The notes under the pieces were generated by a model. The model did no database searches and was not told where the DNA came from. It saw only the letters and a list, made by a program, of their open reading frames with translations. From Clostridia bacterium (GTDB lineage: Bacteria > Bacillota > Clostridia > Oscillospirales > Acutalibacteraceae): DNA of 32,000 nucleotides. Where the stretch lies: assembly GCA_017409845.1 (NCBI GenBank), contig JAFQRY010000023.1, positions 4,006 through 36,005 of the forward strand. The letters are read 5' to 3'. The translations under genes and the position numbers were made by a program. This document shows positions 8,301-12,728 of this stretch, piece after piece (positions within the stretch are counted from its first letter, which is position 1; each line of letters begins with the position of its first letter).

Positions 8301-8970
8301 TGATGCACATGACCACGATAACGGAGCTTGGAGAACAGTTCTCGAAGCAACCTGCACAACAGATGGCGAAAGAATTAAGGAATGCACAATCTGTAGGGGC
8401 ACTATTGAATCGGAAGTTATTCCCGCACTCGGTCACGACGACGGAGTTTGGACAACAGCACTTGAAGCAAGCTGCGAAACTCAAGGCGAAAGACACAAGA
8501 ACTGCACACGCTGCGGTCAGCTTATCGAAAGCGAGAGAATTGATGCTCTCGGTCACACTCCCGGACCCGAAATGACCTGCACAACAGATCAGGTTTGCCT
8601 CGTTTGCGAAGAGATTCTCGTTCCTGCGGACGGTAAGAGCCACACCTGGACAGAATGGGAAACCTATAAGGAAGCTAAGTTCTTTACCGAAGAGCAGCAG
8701 AGAAGAGTATGCACCTCCTGCGACCTTGAAGAATACAGATTTGTTAAGGGTACATCAAAATGCCACAAGTATTTCCCGCATTGCGACGGCAGCGGCGAAG
8801 ACTGCTGGGCATGCAACACCTTGAGCAACACAAACGGCTTCTTCCGTAACCTTGGCAGATTCATCGTTTGGTTCTTCACTGAGAATATAGTTTCGATCAT
8901 TCTTTTCCCGTTCGCACACGGACATTTCCACGAGCATATCAACCTCGACGAAATATTCGGCTCGAAATAA
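5308..8970 (+). CDS. 1220-aa secreted/anchored protein: signal peptide, Ser/Thr-rich beta-rich N-terminal half, about 12 Cys-rich repeats, C-terminal hydrophobic segment
   Basis: AAGGAGG RBS. Signal peptide ending in the AAPHVHAAD region. Long uninterrupted ORF with coherent repeat structure. C-terminal FIVWFFTENIVSIILFPF hydrophobic stretch. Confidence 0.85.
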   Translation: MKTSLFKKLIAITLSLTLIMSCMMIAAPHVHAADSIEFITRDGKRVGIKQITIDGKTYYDINGGESTIDPSEISPIELYKKLVVAEHNGTSLARAWANIASLIFESAGNEFGYNNNLGYSSNYDEHYTNDGNSSIDINVVDALSKENSWSSGYAKSTGWATTTTLKAVQDSMVNEICSALDRSGQNGGVSRGACIEYCTGSSDGFPLLNNSDSRTVLYNIATTTDYSSGSNKAAFSSFGLVLYDFELIPLADDDLAFITAAEGYESLDAAEADNAPGVKYNSTNGTPNTSFISNPSASDTTVSAAYSETSSTTVSNYMESSETYTFGQSTEVSTEFGVSFPLVADAKMSVSIGFSAEQAISTAYGTEESLTKETTTETVAEVNLPAHTQIGISQQSGQTEVELDYDCPVYFNYKVAIFGMNGEFYADSVATESWSTAGYDQGGICIGFGTDTSTGGISAIDNLYNRAIKFKDMDGFEESYGNCDGYYEKHDDGNASKRFKAISWNDIIDSTQNNGLDLTGKENVFYLRNTLPLSASGGTMSFVSTSMNTDITGIVPLYNLDFVQLEGDGVYSIAPGGTVDFGKIATAGFNKHNVPFYGYISDGGEWVLCNADGTQTDSVDGGSLDDVSNYQVFTGTKPGTYYAKFLIDETLYDKVDAEGKIKNSNLSSTPMVRINVTETGHDHICAEGPWQTTVAPTCTAEGEQHANCVTCGRVMYTQPVAKLDHVPVTITTPATCTSEGSIKNICGVCLGLISSETTEKLEHDEGVWKIDFEATADHHGQMSRYCTMCDTALESREFDLHTHQFGYESILREPTCVANGEKGLFCSICNVMYATEQIEKSGHGAITSIIGKEADCTHDGESHLYCTDCGELVGSNTIPAHGHTAGAWETVIEASCDVNGEKHQNCSICGVLLNTDIIEAHGHAAAWITVKEADCETTGREENVCTICDAVLETREIARTEHIPGKWEITKDSSCTQSGLMQQTCAICGALIGEPVVIDAHDHDNGAWRTVLEATCTTDGERIKECTICRGTIESEVIPALGHDDGVWTTALEASCETQGERHKNCTRCGQLIESERIDALGHTPGPEMTCTTDQVCLVCEEILVPADGKSHTWTEWETYKEAKFFTEEQQRRVCTSCDLEEYRFVKGTSKCHKYFPHCDGSGEDCWACNTLSNTNGFFRNLGRFIVWFFTENIVSIILFPFAHGHFHEHINLDEIFGSK
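7344..8750 (+). repeat. intragenic array of about 12 diverged ~40-aa Cys-rich modules (consensus H-x-x-G-x-W-x6-C-x3-G-x5-C-x2-C-G-x12-H)
   Basis: Examples are GHTAGAWETVIEASCDVNGEKHQNCSICGVLLNTDIIEAHGH, DNGAWRTVLEATCTTDGERIKECTICRGTIESEVIPALGH and DDGVWTTALEASCETQGERHKNCTRCGQLIESERIDALGH. The repeats are visible at protein level; the DNA is diverged. Confidence 0.8.
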
Positions 8971-9042
8971 GACGTAAAGATTATTGAAACCTGACAACAT
9001 AATTCATAAAAACATAATATAAAAAAGGTTGATTAAATTATA

Positions 9043-9083
9043 ATCAGGTGCAGTGGGAATACCCCGTTGCACCTGATTTTTTT
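9043..9083 (+). terminator. rho-independent terminator after the large secreted protein gene
   Basis: ATCAGGTGCA (9043-9052) / TGCACCTGAT (9068-9077) followed by TTTTTTT. Confidence 0.75.
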
Positions 9084-9243
9084 AGTTAATAAACACATAA
9101 TACAATTAAATTTTATCCGTTCATTTTTTCTGAACAACAATACATCGAAAAAACAAAATCCACCCGACAAAAGTTAATTCTGCAAGGTTCAGACCGATAA
9201 GAATCAGCAAAAAATATATAGCCTTGATAAAACACAACTTTTT

Positions 9244-9274
9244 GCCTTCCCGATTTTCGGGAGGGCATTTTTTT
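9244..9274 (+). terminator. orphan terminator-like hairpin (no credible ORF upstream)
   Basis: GCCTTCCCG-atttt-CGGGAGGGC (one G-T wobble) followed by ATTTTTTT. Confidence 0.45.
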
Positions 9275-9300
9275 ATTATCGGAAAGTATTTTTGAAATTA

Positions 9301-9712
9301 GGGTGTACAAAAGTATCTTCTAATTACAAACAAGCGAAGAGCGTTTGCAAAGTTACGGCAAATCTGCCGTAATCTTACAGCGAATGCAGAATGATTTTGA
9401 GTTTATGACGGCACTTTTGCCGTCAAAAAATTATTTTTAAAAAACTTTTCAAAAATGATGCCGAATTTGACTTCTCCCGGTGCAAACATAATGAGAGGAC
9501 TTTTTGAATTCTTTGTAAATATTTCGGAATTAGGGCGTACAAATGTCTTCTCTCGGTGGGAATAAGTGAAGGCTATTTTAAATTTTTTTGCAAAACACCC
9601 TACAATTTGCCCTCTCCCAGTGCAAACATAATGAAGGGTAATTTTAAATTTTATGAAAACAGACTATACAAAACACCCTCTGAAATTCCAAATAAGTGAG
9701 AGAAGTTTTTGC
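9301..9712. repeat. five degenerate ~50-bp direct repeat units in non-coding DNA
   Basis: The units lie at about 9301-9351, 9458-9507, 9531-9583, 9591-9650 and 9661-9712. They share TACAA..CTCTC..N12-16..A(A/T)AA(G/T)(T/G)GA(A/G)(A/G)G..TTTT(A/G)AA. The best pairs are CTCCCGGTGCAAACATAATGAGAGG vs CTCCCAGTGCAAACATAATGAAGGG, and GAATTAGGGTGTACAAAAGTATCTTCT vs GAATTAGGGCGTACAAATGTCTTCTCT. Confidence 0.6.
9353..9426. promoter_or_regulatory. two copies of the palindrome ACGGCA-N4-TGCCGT (candidate protein-binding sites)
   Basis: TTACGGCAaatcTGCCGTAA at 9353-9372 and GACGGCActttTGCCGTC at 9407-9426, 54 bp apart, inside the repeat region. Confidence 0.5.
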
Positions 9713-9776
9713 CCTTCATCAAAAAAATAAGGAGTTGATGCCTATGATTTAGTACCAGCCGAAAGGCAAAACAAAC

Positions 9777-9914
9777 CCACGGCTTTGTCCGTGGCATAAG
9801 TCTTAGCGAGCATTGGATTTGTGCATACAAATCCGCACGTTAGGGACTTCTCGCCTGACGGCTCGGTCGGTGCTTTTGAATGCAAAATGCATTCAAAGGT
9901 CTCCACCGGAGACC
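9777..9914 (+). promoter_or_regulatory. cluster of four perfect hairpins/inverted repeats immediately upstream of the RHH gene (oriT-like or structured leader)
   Basis: The four are CCACGG-n6-CCGTGG (9777-9794), GGATTTGT-gcat-ACAAATCC (9815-9834), TTTGAATGCA-aaa-TGCATTCAAA (9875-9897) and GGTCTCC-acc-GGAGACC (9898-9914). The strong RBS AAGGAGG follows at about 9937. Confidence 0.45.
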
Positions 9915-9947
9915 CGCACCCCTAATACCCGCAAAAAGGAGGTAAGA

Positions 9948-10283
9948 ATGAAATATACCAAAACAATATTCTTCTATCTTGATGATGAAGAACTTAAAGA
10001 CCTTAATGAAGAAGCTGAAGTGGCAGGAGTAACTCGCTCGGAGTATATTCGCAGATGTATCAATGAAACGGTTATGAAGCCTATGGTGAAGATTAACTAT
10101 GTTGAAATTACCCGTGAGGCTACCGAACTTGTTGAACGCTTTCGAGTTGTTGCTGACCGTGCCTGGCACAGCAGAGTTCTTGATGTTCCGATGTTTCGGA
10201 AAGTTATTCAGGACACACAAATACTTATGACAAATATCAAAAATGAATTAATAAAGGAGATTAACCATGAGAAACAGAAATAA
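9948..10283 (+). CDS. ribbon-helix-helix protein, MobC-like relaxosome accessory/regulator
   Basis: ATG 9948 follows AAAGGAGG. The N-terminal beta-strand plus helices (KTIFFYLDDEELKDLNEEAEVAGVTRSEYIRRCI) are typical of RHH/MobC. The upstream in-frame extension in the ORF track runs through palindromic non-coding DNA. Confidence 0.7.
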   Translation: MKYTKTIFFYLDDEELKDLNEEAEVAGVTRSEYIRRCINETVMKPMVKINYVEITREATELVERFRVVADRAWHSRVLDVPMFRKVIQDTQILMTNIKNELIKEINHEKQK

Positions 10284-10430
10284 CAGAATTGCAGTAAGAG
10301 TTACAAACAAGGAATTTGACCATATCAATGAAATGGTAAGTAAAAGTATATTCCCGAAAGAAAAGCTGATTCGACTTATCATTGAGGGTTATCCAATACA
10401 GGAAAAACCTTCGGCAGATTATGTTCAGCT
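10267..10430 (+). pseudogene. second RHH/MobC-like gene, 3-prime truncated at a rearrangement junction
   Basis: ATG 10267 overlaps the preceding stop and has an AAGGAG RBS. NRIAVRVTNKEFDHINEMVSKSIFPKEKLIRLIIEGYPIQEKPSADYVQL is RHH/MobC-like. The expected continuation is replaced after about 10428 by recombinase-derived sequence. Confidence 0.55.
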
Positions 10431-11102
10431 TTGGTGTGCTTTAACTACACCAAAGATACCCGTGGAGATTGTACTACACGTCACTATATCCGTGCAGATG
10501 CTATTGAAGCCATAGTAATCCTTGAACTCAAACATCTTGCAAGCTATCTCAAAAATGATGAAGAAATACTTGCGGATATACTTGAAAAGAAAACCAACAA
10601 GGATTTTCACGAACAGCAGAGATTTATTGAGAGTGAACTGCAAAACGCAATCTCCCGTCAGCAATCTGTAAACACACTTTACGAAAAGCTGTATGAGGAT
10701 AATGCAGTAGGAAAAGTAACTGATGAATGGTTTATGCACATGGCTCACAAGTATGAAACAGAACGAGTTGCACTCAAATCCAAGATAGCGGATTACAGAA
10801 CCAAGCTCGCAACAATGAACACTGTTCAGCAGAGCAGAGATATGTTCCTAAAAGCTGTGAGAAAAGTGATTGAAATGGAAAGCTTAACAGCTCCACTTGT
10901 GAGAGAGCTCATTGACCACATTGATGTTTACGAGACACAAGGAAAAGGCAAGAACAAAACACAGCGGGTGGTAATCCGCTACAGATTTGTGGGGTATATT
11001 GAACTGCCAACCAAGGAAGATGACTTTTACAAAAGCGACACACGGCAGGGAGTGCAGGTCAGCTATATACCGAGAGCATTACCGGAAAGCATAACGGCAT
11101 AA
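10431..11102 (+). pseudogene. C-terminal ~220 aa of a large serine recombinase (zinc-ribbon/coiled-coil/DUF4368-like part only); catalytic resolvase domain missing
   Basis: CFNYTKDTRGDCTTRHYIRADAIEAIV... followed by a coiled-coil and ...LVRELIDHIDVYETQGKGKNKTQRVVIRYRFVGYIELP matches the C-terminal architecture of TnpX/TndX-type recombinases (from memory). No N-terminal resolvase domain exists in any frame upstream. Confidence 0.75.
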
Positions 11103-11163
11103 CAAAACAGAAAAGGTCGCAGACCCAAACAGTCTGCGACCACATAAAAACTCTTTTTAAAGC

Positions 11164-11208
11164 AAAAAAATTGAGTGTTCATAGGCAAATCCCTTATGAA
11201 TACTCAAT
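11164..11208 (-). terminator. minus-strand terminator about 200 nt downstream of the HipA-like gene
   Basis: On the minus strand, ATTGAGTATTCATAAGG...CCTATGAACACTCAAT forms a stem followed by TTTTTTT. Confidence 0.55.
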
Positions 11209-11345
11209 ATGGTCCGAGTGGCGAGACTTGAAAAAGCCACCGTACCTCTCGCGATTTTTCGCAAAATCTGTAAACTCTTGTATATCAACATGTTCAAGGT
11301 GCAATTTCTTGTTATTTCGAATAATCTCTTGTGATTTTTACGAAA

Positions 11346-11405
11346 AATAATGTCCAAATAATGTCCAAGAACGCCCCGAAAAAACGACCCGAAAAAACGA
11401 CCCGA
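11346..11405. repeat. short tandem repeats: 2 x 11-mer AATAATGTCCA, then 3 x 13-mer ACG(A/C)CCCGAAAAA
   Basis: AATAATGTCCA occurs at 11346-11356 and 11357-11367 (perfect). ACGCCCCGAAAAA is at 11371-11383, ACGACCCGAAAAA at 11384-11396, and ACGACCCGATTAA from 11397, running into the stop codon of the HipA-like gene. Confidence 0.8.
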
Positions 11406-12656
11406 TTAAAACGATTTGATAAGTTCAACCGTTCCTCTTATCCATTTTATCGCTCCGTTCAGACGGTAGCCTTTGAAACCTGATTCAACGAGAATTTCAT
11501 TGACTTCTTCGTCCGTAATATCAAGATTTATGAGCTTTGTGAAATCGACACCCTCTTGGGCAATGTCGCAAATGTAATCATAATAAGTGCCTGAGTATCC
11601 GAAATTTGTTGCATACATTTCGATGTTCTCAACAGCATTCTCAACGGTTTCTTCTGTATCTTCATAGAAAAGGCTGCGTCCGTTATCGTAAAGCGGATAG
11701 AAGCTTTCACCTTCGGATGTCACTTTGACCGCCATGTTTGAGAGATGTCTGTCATCCTGCCTTGTTATGAAATCAAGCAGAATCATACGGATAAAATCAT
11801 CCTTATATTGAGGTCTGACAGCAAGCAGGTTTTCATATTCGTTATCGGAACGAGCACCGTCAAAAAGTCTGCGGAAGTGTACGATATATTCATTTGAGAA
11901 ATCATAAAGAAATTCCGAAAAAATTGTGTTTTTATCGTGGAGATAAACGGGACAGCAAGTCACACCGAGCTTCTCTGCGAGTTTATAAACAGCGATTTCA
12001 GATTCAACATCGGTCACAAGAGGACTGATTCGCTGCTTATAAATGCCGTATTTACCGTCCATAACACCGTATCGTTTGATGTTGTAGCCTTCAGGAGTGT
12101 CGACGCTGTCGCCGACAAGGTCGATTTTCTGCAGAAAGACAGATTCAAAAACCTCTGTCATTATCTCGTCGATAGTTTCATCCACGTTGTGAGCAATCCA
12201 GAGCAAATCCTTGGGATGAATGCCTCGTGTAACCTTGGCAATCCTCAAAACATCGTATGCAGAAAGTCCGCATCTGAACAAGATTTTCTCAATATCACGT
12301 CTGTCGCGGTTTACAACTCGCTCAGAAAGAAAGCCGACAAACTGCTCGTGAGTCCAGTTGTTCTGACCGTGAGTGTATAGTTTTACAACATCGTTGTATT
12401 CGGGACTGATGAAATGAACGTTATAGGCAGTGTCGATAAGACCAATAATATCGTTACCCCATTTAAGATAAAACTCTGACTGACCGACGGGATTTTTCAT
12501 TCTTCCGTCAGTCGGTTTTTTTGCGTCAACGGGGATTCTGTAGGTCTTACCCACAAGCACGGCACCCTCGATTTTACCTTCTTTACAAAGGGTGCGGACA
12601 CGTCTGTCGCTGATATTCCATTTTTCTGCAGCTTTGGCAGTAGTCATAAAGTCCAT
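11406..12656 (-). CDS. HipA-family kinase-like protein with a fused N-terminal HTH (HipH/YjjJ-like architecture)
   Basis: GGAGG RBS. N-terminal HTH AAEKWNISDRRVRTLCKEGKIEGAV. The C-terminal region has the HipA_C catalytic-loop-like ITRQDDRHLSNMAV, followed by YPLYDNGRSL (compare the D-x-H-x-x-N and the (A/P)-x-YD motifs of HipA). Confidence 0.65.
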   Translation of the reverse strand: MDFMTTAKAAEKWNISDRRVRTLCKEGKIEGAVLVGKTYRIPVDAKKPTDGRMKNPVGQSEFYLKWGNDIIGLIDTAYNVHFISPEYNDVVKLYTHGQNNWTHEQFVGFLSERVVNRDRRDIEKILFRCGLSAYDVLRIAKVTRGIHPKDLLWIAHNVDETIDEIMTEVFESVFLQKIDLVGDSVDTPEGYNIKRYGVMDGKYGIYKQRISPLVTDVESEIAVYKLAEKLGVTCCPVYLHDKNTIFSEFLYDFSNEYIVHFRRLFDGARSDNEYENLLAVRPQYKDDFIRMILLDFITRQDDRHLSNMAVKVTSEGESFYPLYDNGRSLFYEDTEETVENAVENIEMYATNFGYSGTYYDYICDIAQEGVDFTKLINLDITDEEVNEILVESGFKGYRLNGAIKWIRGTVELIKSF

Positions 12657-12674
12657 ATCATCGCCTCCAAACGT

Positions 12675-12718
12675 AGTATAACATATTATCGGAACAATAT
12701 CAATAGTATTATTCCGAT
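12675..12718 (-). promoter_or_regulatory. promoter with overlapping inverted repeat (candidate auto-operator) for the HipA-like gene
   Basis: On the minus strand: TTGATA (12703-12698), 17-nt spacer, TATACT (12680-12675). The 7-bp inverted repeat ATCGGAA (12688-12694) / TTCCGAT (12712-12718) spans the spacer and -35. Confidence 0.5.
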
Positions 12719-12728
12719 ATCCCTTTCA

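Larger units (their letters stand above)
2024..11400. mobile_element. decayed composite mobile-element region (TnpV module, cargo regulator/secreted protein, RHH genes, truncated serine recombinase); boundaries approximate
   Basis: It contains hallmark but defective mobility genes. The same short motif set occurs at both edges (see findings). The recombinase remnant lies at one extreme, as in Tn4451/Tn5397-type elements. Confidence 0.4.

Noticed and set aside
6686-9000. ORFs nested in or antisense to the 1220-aa gene (for example 7309-7716 -, 8073-8402 -, 8278-8643 -, 8294-8575 +).
   Set aside because: These are shadow frames of a repeat-rich gene. They have no independent start signals, and the main frame has coherent signal peptide and repeat architecture.
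9113-9565. Small ORFs in the non-coding repeat region (65 aa on the minus strand at 9113-9310; a 36-aa MMPNLTSPGAN... ORF at about 9455-9565).
   Set aside because: They have no RBS, they are built from repeat units, and the frames are not conserved between repeat copies.
9301-9712. Possible CRISPR array.
   Set aside because: The repeats are degenerate (not near-identical), the unit spacing is irregular (64-157 bp), and there are no cas genes or leader. It is treated as a non-CRISPR repeat array.
9813-9947. N-terminal extension of the RHH ORF (track ORF 9813-10283) and the antisense ORF 9840-10220.
   Set aside because: The extension runs through four perfect palindromes and precedes a strong AAAGGAGG RBS with ATG at 9948. 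The antisense ORF is a shadow frame.
11209-11260. tRNA-like 3-prime end on the minus strand (TTCAAGTCTCGCCACTCGGACCA), which could mark an integration into a tRNA gene.
   Set aside because: No complementary T-stem or acceptor 5-prime arm is present upstream, and a 5-prime acceptor of CCGAGTG would be atypical. The resemblance is limited to a T-loop-like heptamer plus CCA. At most it is a fragment and cannot be supported.
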